Below are positions 34,554 to 48,785 of a stretch of 64,000 nt of DNA, piece by piece; within the stretch, counting starts at the first letter, position 1; each line of letters starts with the position of its first letter. The stretch lies in contig NW_003314273.1 in assembly GCF_000143415.4 (NCBI RefSeq), positions 1,828,052 to 1,892,051 on the forward strand. The letters are read 5' to 3'. The notes under the pieces are model-generated. The model was given only the letters and a program-made list of their open reading frames with translations, ran no database searches and was not told where the DNA came from. The translations under genes were made by a program, and so were the position numbers. The DNA is from Selaginella moellendorffii. Lineage: Eukaryota > Plantae > Lycopodiophyta.

Positions 34554-36385
34554 TTAAGATTCAATTTCAAACTCATGTTATTGATGTGTTTATTTCAAGG
34601 GTTTATTTCTAAGTTATTTTTGAATTAAGCTTTTATGAATGTTTTCTTTGTGTTTATAAAAGTGTTTATATTGCACATTTTGATTAAACGAGAAGAACTT
34701 AGATGCTTACTAGCAGCAGCTAGCAGCTCATACAATACCTTGCCTAATGCATTGTAATCCAAAAAATGAAAATACCTCTAATGACTGTTGTAAATTCCAA
34801 TCTAAGTTGTGTTTTCTTACAAAGTCCCAACAGTGTTTCCGTTTGACACCTTTGTGTGAGCCCATTTGCCACACCACCATGCTGCGTGCGTGTTCTCTTC
34901 GACCAGTTCTCCTCCCAGCTTTCAGGTAAAGTCTAAAGCAGAAGGATGACTATAGACGTGAGAAACTTACTTGATCAAGTGTTCTCTTGCACTGAAGTAG
35001 TAGGCTCCTCATTATCACTATAGGAAATTTTTTTCAATGATGCTTGACGGGACCTATAATTAAGCATCTATGGTTGGAATAAGTGGATTATGAACTCGAC
35101 AAGTCATGTATCGCCACAAACGGTGCATGAAGGTCGCTAGAAACCAGTGGCTATTCAATTTTAAAATGGATCTGGGATTTCATGGATGTTGTTTTGATTC
35201 TTGTGATACCAACAAGCGGCAGCAACTTCACACAAGCAGAAACAACACTGCATCGCCCGCTAGACACCGATGTCGTATACGTGGTGAGCCAGGAGCTTGG
35301 CCATGGAAGATGTTTCTGTCATCTTATTGTGCTTGAGGAAGCGGGCCTTGAACTCATCATCATCAATGGGCGTTGCAGCCAGCCTTGCTGCAACCTGTTT
35401 TGGTGACAATCCGCGCTTGAGAAGGAAGCCCCGCCCCAATCTTGACATCCTCGCCATGTAACAGCCGCGCCTCCCTGGCTCAAAATCCATTGGCGTCACG
35501 TAGGACACCGTCGACCCCGGGTCGCCGAGCATGCCCAAGTAGTTGCTCGCTTCAAGCTGCATCTGGAGGGAGGGAGGCTTGCCCTGCAGCTGCCGCACTA
35601 TCTATAAACCATGCATGAGCAACAAATTTTTTTTTAAAAAATCAGAACGCTGAAGGCTCACTCACATGATCCGCTATTCGGAAGAGGTTCGACAGGAAGC
35701 TGTGAATAGCCGAGCACAGCCGCGCGTCTAACACGGCCATGTAGACGTTCTCCATGTAAGGTAAGGGCACACAGTAATAAGAGAAGCAAGCCTTCCGCCG
35801 TCGCCCAGATCTAGCAGGAGCTGCTCCAGCTCCACTGCACTTACAGTCCCTGTTGTTTCATTTCTTTTTGTCAATATTTTCATCTGGCTGCGAGGGAAAC
35901 TTCCATCGCTCGAGCGACTGATGAGTTGCAGAGCGGGATTTCATCAAGCAAGAAATCCAGCTTTGAGGACCTCACGTTTACAGCCTTTGGGAATTGAGCT
36001 TTATACCGTGCATATGGGTTTCTTTCCTCCAGGCCCTAAAGCAGCAAACTAAACTCGCATTACGTATTTCTTCACATACCACGCTTGGATTGTCTCGAAC
36101 AGAGCTCCACCCTCCACGGAGAAGGCGAACTGTGCCTGAAGGCAGAGATGACCCTCCGCAACTCGAGCGTGGCATCCACGGCTTCTCTCAAGCCCGGCGG
36201 CACGTCTGCAAGGTTATCCACTCCCTCCATAAGTTGGCCAACCCTGAAAAGGGACTGACGCCACGACCAAGTGCCCAGATTTCAGGTTCTTTCCAATGTG
36301 GAAGCTGTTTCCAAGAGCCATGGTTGCTCGAGAGCATTTTCCTGAGCGAAAGCCAGGAAGTTCCGGAAGCTTGCGGAGATGGTGC

Positions 36386-37316
36386 ACTCTTGCCGGGAGG
36401 CCCAATCCGTGGTTGCCAAGACCCTGGCGTGCGAGCTTTCACAACATGCTGGCTCCACGATTTGGCGATTGAATTTGGGAGGGGTTCCCTCCATACTGAA
36501 AAGTTTTTCTTCCAAGAATCTGGAAGCGAAGAGCCACGTCGATCTGATTGGAACTTTTTGCGGGATCCAATGTGTGAGCAGCAGCAGCAGCACAGTGGCG
36601 ATTGATGCGAGCGTCCACTCTGTTTCCATTTCTCTTGGAAGTTGAAAAAAGAATGAAACTTTGCAGACGGCCACATTGGTCTTCGCGAATCGCCGCTGCT
36701 CGTCTCAGTCTATGGCGAGGCCGAGGCCGCTGGATCGTTCTGTGCCCACTGCATTCATTTCTTCCAGTTCCTGGTGTGCGACGTGCTAAGATCAATGCCC
36801 GTTGGTTTGATGGCTCCCAGCTCTGGGCAAGGTGAGAGCTTCGATGCCACCCGCGTACCTGGTTGATCCTGAAGTCCCTTGAACCGTCAACCTTTGGCTC
36901 ACCTGGAGAAAGATATAGGAATGTGTTACTTACCGGGAAAGAACAACCAAGCCATAGCCACGAAGACTACGAACAAAAGAAGCAAAGAACTGAGAGAACA
37001 AGGAACGAAAGCTACTCACCACATCGAGCGGGACGAAGATGAACTGCGAGACGACCTAGGGGAGAAAGCCCGCAGCTCCATTCGCGATGGCGGCGGCGGC
37101 GGTGTCTGGAAAGTTGAGCTTGGAAGTGAGGTTGAGCCGCCATCTTGGTCGCTTCGAGAGTTGTCAAGAACAGCACTCAACTGGAAACAGTGCCGGCAAT
37201 CACGGTCCAAATCCCCGGTAGAGTCCTCTCACTCCATTGCTAAGAATCGATCTGAGCTTTCATATTGCTCGCCTCATTCTCGTCTTGATCGGGTAGAGCG
37301 CCGCCGACAAGCCCGA
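36386..37316. pseudogene. Collinear deletion-mosaic of the exostosin, SET and carrier genes (source 5560-8520), copy 1
   Basis: Successive matches to 5562-5597, 5626-5676, 5737-5875, 6113-6215, 6578-6641 and 8045-8519, in the same order and orientation. Confidence 0.9.
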
Positions 37317-39216
37317 TATGTTCTCTCGAGATTCTACTCACTGTCACAGTCGCACGACACCACCACTGGCGCCATCACGAGCCATGGTGACAGACAGGGA
37401 ACGACGAGGTCCTGCCAGAAAAGATCACCCATTAACGGAGGAAAGTGGAGAGAAATTTGGATCACATACTTGTGTTTTTTGTTTGCTCATTCCTGGCCTC
37501 CACGCAAAGCCAAATATATATGTCGATCCAGCTTAGGCACGCGGAGTGAAGTTCCACCGATTGGCACACCGAAGATGCTACGTTTGTCGTGTCCCAACCT
37601 CGGACGATCGTTCCAGCCTCGAGAAAGGAGCAAAAGCAATACAGACTGTTGCTCGAATATCTCTAACCAGCCCTAGAAACTCAACACAGTTAATCTAATA
37701 ATAAAATAATAAAATTGTGTTTTCGCCCATTCCAGCCTTGACAATTGCTTGTTTCACCCAGAACAATCCAGATCGGCAAATGTAGACATGAGATTTTATC
37801 AGAAGCTTGCGATCCTGTACCTACACGCGACCCAAAGGAAAAGATGTTCACATTCAGGATCTTACAATCTGAAGCAATTGCTAATCAAGTTGGCACAGCC
37901 TTTTCCGCAACAAGAATGCTTCCCAACACTCCGTAGTCCGACGAGCTCAAACAATGCCGACTCCTTTGCGAGCCGGCGAGCAGCGCCATCCGGGAGCTCT
38001 CTCGGCTGGCTCAATCTCCACAGATCCAGCATCGAGCAGTAGTGTCTGGGCTGAGGCTTGAATCCACAGTCGTTGCTCATCGAAACGAGAACTCGCGTCC
38101 CTTGCCTGCGTGGCTGCAAGCAACCAAAGCACTCACATACGCAACTTGGTCGGGGATCATCTCACGAAAGTGGTCAATCGCTTGCGTCGGAATGGCTACA
38201 CGCGGAAATCACCGACGTCCACGACACAACGTTCGATGGGAGAACGGCGCCAGGATGGAGTTCCAGGAGACGATGTCCCTCTCGGGCATGAGAGCGAGGA
38301 TCTCCCAGATGCCCTTGTTGGGCATTCCCGCAAGGAGCGAGTTCAGCTCCATAGCTCGCACTCGGGCTCTTGACGCCCGTGTTCCAGGTCACAAAGCTGG
38401 CGCGCGACAACGAGGCCCAAGATGCTGCCAAGAGCCCGAGGTCTCCTCCATAAGCTGCTTCTTAGTTTTTAGTTTTAAGAAAATGGAGGCCTCGGGCTTA
38501 CTTGAACAATGCCGAAGAAGTACGATTGAAAACTGTCTTCTGGACGGAAATGAACAAAGGAGACTTTCAGGTAGGCAGCTCACGTTTGTCCTGCCAGCAC
38601 ATTTTAAAACTCGCAGCAAAAGCTGCACAAGCTGCTGTTCTGTCTGCAATTTCGTCTGGAACTGGATCCGCCGCTGACATCTCTGCTGCTGCTGCCGTTG
38701 CGAGCTCCAAAAGGTTTGTGCATTTCCACGAAGCAACTCTTGTTTGTTCCTCACGCCATTGCACTAGGAAGTATTGAAATAAGGCTTGCAATACAGAGCA
38801 AATTCAAAACCAAAGCAAACAACACAGTCCGCAACTGCCAGATACTCCTGCTATCATCGAGGAATCGGCCAACCCCATGCATCCAAACATCGCTCACTAC
38901 AGCTACATCATCGATCTCCTCAGCTGCACCGCACACCCTTGTGGCCAAGGAGCTCAAGAAGGGAAACAATGCAAGCAAATGGTTTGTGTCATGGAATAGC
39001 AAAATGTAAAGTAAGTTTTCAAATCAAGATATTTACAAGATTCGGTCGAATGAACTTCAAGGAAGCTTCTCGAACCAAAACTCTATAAGCCATTGCAAGC
39101 GTGCCACCTTTCAGATATACGTGCCAAACAGAGCTTACTGATCAGCGTGAGGCCTCCGTAAAAGAATGAGTTTGTAAAAGTCCACCACCGTGATCGTGAT
39201 GGAAGAAAGACGGACT

Positions 39217-40542
39217 CTACTGCTTGGTGTCCTTAAACCACCAGTTTCCTGGAACTCCAAGCTCTGCCTTGAGATAGTCCGATCTCTTGTTCACCAGTGC
39301 GATATCCCGGGTGCCCGAGACACTGAAGGGCTTGCTCGGCCCTTGGTAGCCATCAACCAGGTGAAGCAAGGCCTCCAAGTTGTGCAGATCGGTCAAGCCA
39401 CCATCTTCCCTCAGAAACGGAGAGATGTCGCTGCTGAGCTCAAACTCGGTGCCAACATGGGTGTAGGCCCATGGGAACCTGTGGAAGATGAGCGAGATGA
39501 TATCACAGCTGTCCTCGTTGACAATCACCCCTGGAACTTTGGGCACCAGGTCTGCGGCATTGCGTGTCTGGAGGACTTTGAGCCCGAGCTCGAGGCACCT
39601 GTTCTTGAAACCCCGGTTCCCAACTCGGGGTGCCGAGAACGTGAAGACGGACACCGGGGTATTGCTCCCGGGCAGCCCAAGCTCTGTCACGTCGTAGGCG
39701 CTGAGGAGTGCAAGCGCGCCACCCAGGCTGTGGCCCGTGAACGTCATACTCAGCTGCTCGCCCTGGTAGAGCCCGACCAATCGCTTGATCTCCGAGTGGA
39801 GCTGCTGCCTCGCGCTCATCCCGGCCTGATCGCCGGGGACTGGAGACGTGTAGATGCTGAGAAATCCGGTCTCCACTTTCACGCCTTTGGTGTTGTGATC
39901 CGTGGGGTCGAGCCCGGTGGGGCGGAGGAGATCCTTGAGGTTCTCGATCCACTCGAGTTGCGTCACCGTCCCGCGCCAGGCCACCACAATGTCGCGGCGT
40001 CCCAACCGTCGGATGGCCTCGTCCGACGTGGCAACCGCCACGAAGCCCATCCAGTTGGTGTCCGACGTCCACGAGTCGTCGCCGGGTTGGGCGTTGGAAT
40101 TGGAGCGCTTGAAGAAGCTGGGCAAGCCCAGCTGCGATGTTGCGTAGAGATAGGCCGTGATTTCGTATCCCGTGCTTGGGAGTCCCACGGATTGGAGGAG
40201 CTCCTCCTTAGAGAACTTTGTGTCTCCACAGAATTCCGAGCCCTCGCTGTATTCGAAGCCGTCGTAGCAAGCCTGGGCGAATTCGCCGTATCGGATGATC
40301 TCCCGCCGGAGCCGCTCGTCGATGGAGGCGTTGGCGGGCGGGAGGAGCGGACTCCAGTGGCATGCATCCCGCCAGCCTGAGCTCAGCGCCAACTGCGTCT
40401 CCTCCAGCTCCACAACGCGCGCGCCATGACCATCTCCTTCAGATCTCTCCAACGTTCTTCTCTTGAATGAGAATGACAACGAATCTCCTTCTCTCTCCAA
40501 CGTCCTTCTCTTGAATGACAGTGACAATGAAACTCGTTCCAT
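39217..40542 (-). CDS. Phospholipase A1, DAD1-like, copy 3
   Basis: Intact ORF with GHSLG, Asp and His motifs. Confidence 0.93.
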   Translation of the reverse strand: MERVSLSLSFKRRTLEREGDSLSFSFKRRTLERSEGDGHGARVVELEETQLALSSGWRDACHWSPLLPPANASIDERLRREIIRYGEFAQACYDGFEYSEGSEFCGDTKFSKEELLQSVGLPSTGYEITAYLYATSQLGLPSFFKRSNSNAQPGDDSWTSDTNWMGFVAVATSDEAIRRLGRRDIVVAWRGTVTQLEWIENLKDLLRPTGLDPTDHNTKGVKVETGFLSIYTSPVPGDQAGMSARQQLHSEIKRLVGLYQGEQLSMTFTGHSLGGALALLSAYDVTELGLPGSNTPVSVFTFSAPRVGNRGFKNRCLELGLKVLQTRNAADLVPKVPGVIVNEDSCDIISLIFHRFPWAYTHVGTEFELSSDISPFLREDGGLTDLHNLEALLHLVDGYQGPSKPFSVSGTRDIALVNKRSDYLKAELGVPGNWWFKDTKQ

Positions 40543-42856
40543 GATCTCGATGCTCGCTCTGATGGGCTTGGACAATTGTTGATACGCCTATCGATCGATC
40601 AGCTCGTCCTTGACGAGTATGGTGTCAATGAATCAGATGATCGCTTCCTTCTCCCCTTGTTGTTTCTCCCTTCGTGTAGATTGCTGGTGGAATGCTGAGA
40701 TTGCGGCAGAGGATTTATAGCAGTATCGCTTTCGAAGTTTGCCACCGGGTCAAAAGCATATACGAAATTCTCGCGTTGATCTCTTCAATTTCTTCTCGAA
40801 TGGGAAACATAATAGTCAAAGTTCAAACCACTAGGGTCAACTATACACAAGGAGGTATCGCGTCTTTGACCAGCGGACTTTCACTGAAAAGCAACAAGTT
40901 GAGAGGTCGGGATCAGTGTTCTCCTCCTTTTCACCTGGTGATCAAAGGTTTAGATTGGAAGTCCTGATGCCAAGTCTCCTTGACGAACTGCCCAGAGTCT
41001 CAATCAAGGAAAGGCTCCCAAGAGCGGCGCCATCACACTCTGGGGCCACCACACTCTTGGAATCCCTGGTTGCTGCTGGCGATTGGGCACATGTGGACAA
41101 TGAGATGGACACAGATGGATCCGACCTGGCAGGAAGAATGGATGCAAGGGCAAAAGAAGTGGTGGGGAAGAGGATTGGCTTGGGAATGGTGCAACAAGCA
41201 ATGATCAAGATCTAATCACGGTGAGGGTTTTGACTCAGCCCGGGCTTATGCCCATTTTAGAACCGTTACAACGTTTCTAATATTTACTGGTTTGCTTAAA
41301 ATGTAATTAGATATACTTATTAATATTAATATTTAATTAGATTAATCTTGTATTTATAATAATTTATGGTTTGCTTAAGCAAAAGTAAAATATATTTAAT
41401 TCTACCAAATAATTGTTATTCATTTAGATTAATCTTGCATTTATAATTTCCAAACATGTTTATAATTTATAACTTTCCTAAACTCTTTATAGTTTATTTT
41501 TGGTTTGGTTAGGGATATACCACCCCTCAATCTCCACAGATCCAGCATCGAGCAGTAGTGTCTGGGCTGAGGCTTGAATCCACAGTCGTTGCTCATTGAA
41601 ACGAGAACTCGCATCCCTTGCCTGCGTGGCTGCAAGCAACCAAAGCACTCACATACGCAACTTGGTCGGGGATCATCTCACGAAAGTGGTCAATCGCTTG
41701 CGTCGGAATGACTACATGCGGAGATCACCGACATCCACGACACAACGTTCGATGGGAGAATGGTGCCAGGATGGAGTTCCAGGAGACGATGTTCCTCTCG
41801 GGCATGAGAGAGAGGATCTCCCAGATGCCCTTGTTGGGCATTCCCGCAAGGAGCGAGTTCAGCTCCATAGCTCGCACTCTGGGCTCTTGACGCCCGTGTT
41901 CCAGGTCACAAAGCTGGTGCGCGACAACGAGGCCCAAGATGCTGCCAAGAGCCCTGCATCCCAAGAAGTCCCGCCTAATCCTTTGTAACAAACCCCTCCC
42001 CGCCACATCAGATTTCCCTGCCGAGTCATCCCTCCACGTGTTCTGTCTCACTTTATTCTACGGGCTTGTTATTGGCCGCTACAACTTTCAACAGTCATAT
42101 CTCAAGTTCATGTCTTTTGCCTATAGATGAATGCTTACTTGAACAATGCCGCAATTGAAAACTGTCTTCTGGACGGAAATGAACAAAGGAGACCTTCAGG
42201 TAGGCAGCTCACGTTTGTCCTGCCAGAACATTTTAAAACTCAAAGCAATAGCTGCAAGCAAAAGTTGCACAAGCTGCTGCTCTGTCTGCAATTTCGTCTG
42301 GAACTGGATCCGCCGCTGACATTTCTGCTGCTGCTGCCGCTGCCGTTGCGAGCTCCAAAAGGTTTGTGCATTTCCACGAAGCAACTCTTGTTTGTTCCTC
42401 ACGACAGTGCACTAGGAAGTATATAGTTTGTTGAAATAAAGCTTGCAATACAGAGCAAATTCAAACCCAGAGCAAACAACACAGCCCGCAACTGCCAGCT
42501 ACTCCTGCTAGCTCACGAGGAATCGGCCAACCCCATGCATCAAAACATCACTCACTACAGCTGCATCATCAATCTCCTCAGCTGCACCGCACTCCCTTGT
42601 GGCCAAGGAGCTCAAGAAGGGAAACAATGCAAGCAAATTGTTTGTAGCAAAATGTAAACTAAATTTTTCAAATCAAGATATTTACAAGATTCAATCGAAT
42701 GACCCAAACCAAAACTCTATAGGCCATTGCAAGCGTGCCACCTTTCAGATATACGTGCCAAACTGAGCTTGGTCCTACTGATTAGCTTGAGGCCTCCGTA
42801 AAAGAATGAGTTTGTAAAAGTCCACCACCGTGATCGTGATGGAAGAAAGACAGGCT

Positions 42857-44182
42857 CTACTGCTTGGTGTCCTTAAACCACCAGTTTGCTGGAACTCCAA
42901 GCTCTGCCTTGAGATAGTCGGATCTCTTGTTCACCAGTGCGATATCCCGGGTGCCCGAGATACTGAAGGGCTTGCTCGGCCCTTGGTAGCCATCAACCAG
43001 GTGAAGCAAGGCCTCCAAGTTGTGCAGATCGGTCAAGCCACCATCTTCCCTCAGAAACGGAGAGATGTCGCTGCTGAGCTCAAACTCGGTGCCAACATGG
43101 GTGTAGGCCCATGGGAACCTGTGGAAGATGAGCGAGATGATATCACAGCTGTCCTCGTTGACAATCACCCCTGGAACTTTGGGCACCAGGTCTGTGGCAT
43201 TGCGTGTCTGGAGGACTTTGAGCCCGAGCTCGAGGCATCTGTTCTTGAAACCCCGGTTCCCAACTCGGGGTGCCGAGAACGTGAAGACCGACACCGGGGT
43301 ATTGCTCCCGGGCAGCCCAAGCTCTGTCACGTCGTAGGCGCTGAGGAGTGCAAGCGCGCCACCCAGGCTGTGGCCCGTGAACGTCATACTCAGCTGCTCG
43401 CCCTGGTAGAGCCCGACCAATCGCTTGATCTCCGAGTGGAGCTGCTGCCTCGCGCTCATCCCGGCCTGATCGCCGGGGACTGGAGACGTGTAGATGCTGA
43501 GAAATCCCGTCTCCACTTTCACGCCTTTGGTGTTGTGATCCGTGGGATCGAGCCCGGTGGGGCGGAGGAGATCCTTGAGGTTCTCGATCCACTCGAGCTG
43601 CGTCACCGTCCCGCGCCAGGCCACCACAATGTCGCGGCGTCCCAACCGTCGGATGGCCTCGTCCGACGTGGCAACCGCCACGAAGCCCATCCAGTTGGTG
43701 TCCGCCGTCCACGAGTCGTCGCCGGGTTGGGCGTTGGAATTGGAGCGCTTGAAGAAGCTGGGCAAGCCCAGCTGCGATGTTGCGTAGAGATAGGCCGTTA
43801 TTTCGTATCCCGTGCTTGGGAGTCCCACGGATTGGAGGAGCTCCTCCTTGGAGAACTTTGTGTCTCCACAGAATTCCGAGCCCTCGCTGTATTCGAAGCC
43901 GTCGTAGCAAGCCTGGGCGAATTCGCCGTATCGGATGATCTCCCGCCGGAGCCGCTCGTCGATGGAGGCGTTGGCGGGCGGGAGGAGCGGACTCCAGTGG
44001 CATGCATCCCGCCAGCCTGAGCTCAGCGCCAACTGCGTCTCCTCCAGCTCCACAACGCGCGCGCCATGACCATCTCCTTCAGATCTCTCCAACGTTCTTC
44101 TCTGGAATGAGAATGACAACGAATCTCCTTCTCTCTCCAACGTCCTTCTCTTGAATGACAGTGACAATGAAACTCGTTCCAT
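42857..44182 (-). CDS. Phospholipase A1, DAD1-like, copy 4
   Basis: Intact ORF with GHSLG, Asp and His motifs. Confidence 0.93.
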   Translation of the reverse strand: MERVSLSLSFKRRTLEREGDSLSFSFQRRTLERSEGDGHGARVVELEETQLALSSGWRDACHWSPLLPPANASIDERLRREIIRYGEFAQACYDGFEYSEGSEFCGDTKFSKEELLQSVGLPSTGYEITAYLYATSQLGLPSFFKRSNSNAQPGDDSWTADTNWMGFVAVATSDEAIRRLGRRDIVVAWRGTVTQLEWIENLKDLLRPTGLDPTDHNTKGVKVETGFLSIYTSPVPGDQAGMSARQQLHSEIKRLVGLYQGEQLSMTFTGHSLGGALALLSAYDVTELGLPGSNTPVSVFTFSAPRVGNRGFKNRCLELGLKVLQTRNATDLVPKVPGVIVNEDSCDIISLIFHRFPWAYTHVGTEFELSSDISPFLREDGGLTDLHNLEALLHLVDGYQGPSKPFSISGTRDIALVNKRSDYLKAELGVPANWWFKDTKQ

Positions 44183-46614
44183 GATCTCGATGCTCGCTCT
44201 GATGGGCTTGGACAATTGTTGATAAGCCTATCGATCGATCAGCTCGTCCTTGGCGAGTATGGTGTCAATGAATCAGATGATCGCTTCGTAAAAAACTTCT
44301 CCTCTTCTTGGCTCTCCCTCCGTGTAAATTGCTGGTGGAATGCTGAGATTGTGGCAGAGGATTTATAGCAGTATCGCTTTCAAAGTTTGCCACCGGGTCA
44401 AAAGCATATACGAAATTCTCGCGTTGATCTCTTCAATTTCTTCTCGAATGGGAAGCATAATAGTCAAAGTTCAAACCACCAGGGTCAGCCAAAGGAGGTA
44501 TCGCGTCTTTGACCTGCAGACTTTCACTGAGCTTTCACTCTTGACTCTCATCCGTTCAGTAAAGCAGTTGCGAGGTCGGGATCACTGTTCTCCTCACTTG
44601 GCGATCATAGTTGTAAATTGGAAGTCCTGACGCCAGATACTTGATCATCTCCTTGACAAACAGCCCAGAGTCTCAATCAAAGAAAGGCTCCCAAGAGCGG
44701 CCCATCACACTCTAGGGCCACCACACTCTGGGGCCACCACACTCTTGGAATCCTTGGCTGCTGCTGGTGATTATGGGTAGTCAACAATGAGCCTGTAGAA
44801 CAAAGTGAGGTGGCACATGTGGTGCATCGTTAAGGGGCTTTGACCCAGTAAGCCTCCCCCAATTTTAAAAATTAGATATACTTCTTAATATTAATATTTA
44901 ATTATATTATTTTTATTTATATTAATTTATTGTTTGCATAAGCAAAAGTGAAATATATTAAGTTCTACCAAATAATTGTTATTTATTTAGATTAATCTTG
45001 TATTTAAACATATTTATAATCTATAACTTTCCTAAACACTTTCTAGTATATTTTTGGTTTGCTTAAGGTGGTAGTGGATATACCTAGAATATACTTGGAT
45101 ATTCTAGGATATTTACCATCTAACCATTACTCAATTACGCTTCAACCATTGTTTAACTGTAGGTACATGCATTCGATGGAGTATGTTGTGTCAGGAACAG
45201 CTGATGGAGTCGTTTGCATCAATACTACTGCTCACACTGGACAATTGGGTTTAGTACAGCAGCAAAAGTACTGGGAAGTATCAATGTGTAACATATGAGT
45301 TTCTCATTTGACATTCCTTTACAGGGTAATGTTATAATTAAGAAAAATATTTATAATTTATAAACTTTCCTAAACATGTCTTAGTATATTCTAGTTTATT
45401 TTACCATTTAATGGTTAATATTCAATAAGATCAATCTTGTTTTTATAAATTATAAACATGTTTATAATTATAAACTTTCATTTGATTAATTAGAAATATT
45501 AAGTAAACCTGCAATGCACAGCAAATTAGTATTTATTTTACCATCTAATTTGATATTTAATAAGATTAATTTTCATTTATAAATTGTAATTTTTTTTATA
45601 ATTATTGATCAAATGGATTATTCAATAATACTAAACAGGAATGAATTGTTTCACGTTTCTTGTCTTTTTCAATGATCTCCACCTTGCTCCATTTTAGAAT
45701 GAGGTAGAGGGCTATCTCTCTTTCCTTTACTTTGAAGCTCATGGTGAATAGCTTTCTTCTCCATAGCTAGAAAAAGTAATGAAGATCAAGCTCATTAGTG
45801 TCTAAACCCAGACACTGTTATTAGTGTTTGTAAGTCTTCATTCAAAAGTGGGATTAGGATTGTGATTATGACTTTTATCATCATGGTCCTAAAGCTCATT
45901 CTGTGTGGGAGAGGACACACAAAAAGTCATGGAAACATAGGGTTTAGGGTTTAAGGTTTAGGGTCTAAACCCTAGACAGTCCAAACGCTTTCCCTCTAGC
46001 TTGGGATGGAAAGTATATATGGACTTTTGAGCACTATTTGTAGGCTGACATTGAGAAATAAGTTACAAGACTAACACACATTTCGTCTTTGCAATGCTCA
46101 TCTTAGTTTGGTTTTGATTGATTGATCCCACCAATGAGTTTTTATTTTATTTATTTATTTATTTCCTTTTTTTATCAGTTTCTGATGATAGAAACCGAAA
46201 TGGAAGTAATTCTTATCACTACTTGCATTCCAGACCTTGCAACCTAAATCTTTTAGAACAAACTTTAAGGCTAGTACATGCAAGAGTAATTACAAGCAAT
46301 AGAAGAGAAATCAGGTCTTCAAACCATTTGAATCATAGTCTTTCAATAGATTGAGCATTTAAGATTCTCCTGGATATAAGATTGTAAAGAAAAATGTGAA
46401 ATAAACTGATCTTGACTGGAAATCTTTGTTTGAGTTTTAAAGCATAATAATCTATTGCTCAAACGACTATTTTAGATATGATAATGTTTTAATTATCCAT
46501 GTTGGATTATTTTTATAACAAATATATGAAAAAACATTTGAAAGAAAACCAAGATATGAGTTTTTGAACCAAATTTACAAAGAAACATATAAATATAACC
46601 TTTGTGATTTTTTT

Positions 46615-46932
46615 GGTTTGCTTAAGCAAACCTATAGAGGGTAGTGGATAGACCTAGAATATGCTTGAATATTATAGGATATTCTACCATCTAATGGTTG
46701 TTATTCATTTAGATTAATCTTGTATTTATAATTTATAAACTTTTTAAAACCCTTTCTAGTATATTCTTTTTATCCTATCATCTAATGGTTGATATGTAGA
46801 TTAATCTTTTGTTTATAAATTACAAACATGTTTATAATTATAAACTTATTTGATTAATTAGATTAATAAGTAAGAATAACACTACTATTAAGCAAACTAA
46901 GCATTGTTACATACAATGTGTAGCAATTTATT
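46615..46932 (+). mobile_element. Duplicate of the HINE-like element at 34236
   Basis: Same termini and same flanks, within the segmental duplication. Confidence 0.7.
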
Positions 46933-48785
46933 TTAAGATTCAATTTCAAACTCATGTTATTGATGTGTTTATTTCAAGGGTTTATTTCTAAGTTATTTTT
47001 GAATTAAGCTTTTATGAATGTTTTCTTTGTGTTTATAAAAGTGTTTATATTGCACATTTTGATTAAACGAGAAGAACTTAGATGCTTACTAGCAGCAGCT
47101 AGCAGCTCATACAATACCTTGCCTAATGCATTGTAATCCAAAAAATGAAAATACCTCTAATGACTGTTGTAAATTCCAATCTAAGTTGTGTTTTCTTACA
47201 AAGTCCCAACAGTGTTTCCGTTTGACACCTTTGTGTGAGCCCATTTGCCACACCACCATGCTGCGTGCGTGTTCTCTTCGACCAGTTCTCCTCCCAGCTT
47301 TCAGGTAAAGTCTAAAGCAGAAGGATGACTATAGACGTGAGAAACTTACTTGATCAAGTGTTCTCTTGCACTGAAGTAGTAAGCTCCTCATTATCACTAT
47401 AGGAAATTTTTTCCAATGATGCTTGACGGGACCTATAATTAAGCATCTATGGTTGGAATAAGTGGATTATGAACTCGACAAGTCATGTATCGCCACAAAC
47501 GGTGCATGAAGGTCGCTAGAAACCAGTGGCTATTCAATTTTAAAATGGATCTGGGATTTCGTGGATGTTGTTTTGATTCTTGTGATACCAACAAGCGGCA
47601 GCAACTTCACACAAGCAGAAACAACACTGCATCGCCCGCTAGACACCGATGTCGTATACGTGGTGAGCCAGGAGCTTGGCCATGGAAGATGTTTCTGTCA
47701 TCTTATTATGCTTGAGGAAGCGGGCCTTGAACTCATCATCATCAATGGGCGTTGCAGCCAGCCTTGCTGCAACCTGTTTTGGTGACAATCCGCGCTTGAG
47801 CAGGAAGCCCCGCCCCAATCTTAACATCCTCGCCATGTAACAGCCGCGCCTCCCTGGCTCAAAATCCATTGGCGTCACGTAGGACACTGTCGACCCCGGG
47901 TCGCCGAGCATGCCCAAGTAGTTGCTCGCTTCAAGCTGCATCTGGAGGGAGGGAGGCTTGCCCTGCAGCTGCCGCACTACGAATTGCCTTGTCTATAAAC
48001 CATGCATGAGCAACAAATTTTTTATTTTTTTTTTATTTTTTTAAAAAATCAGAACGCTGAAGGCTCACTCACATGATCCGCTATTCGGAAGAGGTTCGAC
48101 AGGAAGCTGTGAATAGCCGAGCACAGCCGCGCGTCTAACACGGCCATGTAGACGTTCTCCATGTAAGGTAAGGACACACAGTAATAAGAGAAGCAAGCCT
48201 TCCGCCGTCGCCCAGATCTAGCAGGAGCTGCTCCAGGTCCACTGCACTTACAGTCCCTGTTGTTTCATTTCTTTTTGTCAATATTTTCATCTGGCTGCGA
48301 GGGAAACTTCCATCGCTCGAGCGACTGCAGCGATGAGTTGCAGAGCGGGATTTCATCAAGCAAGAAATCCAGCTTTGAGGACCTCACGTTTACAGCCTTT
48401 GGGAATTGAGCTTTATACCGTGCATATGGGTTTCTTTCCTCCAGGCCCTAAAGCAGCAAACTAAGCTCGCATTACGTATTTCTTCACATACCACGCTTGG
48501 ATTGTCTCGAACAGAGCTCCACCCTCCACGGAGAAGGCGAACTGTGCCTGAAGGCGGAGATGACCCTCCGCAACTCGAGCGTGGCATTCACGGCTTCTCT
48601 CAAGCCCGGCGGCACGTCTGCAAGGTTATCCACTCCCTCCATAAGTTGGCCAACCCTGAAAAGGGACTGACGCCACGACCAAGTGCCCAGATTTCAGGTT
48701 CTTTCCAATGTGGAAGCTGTTTCCAAGAGCAGAGCATTTTACTGAGCGAAAGCCAGGAAGTTCCGGAAGCTTGCGGAGATGGTGC

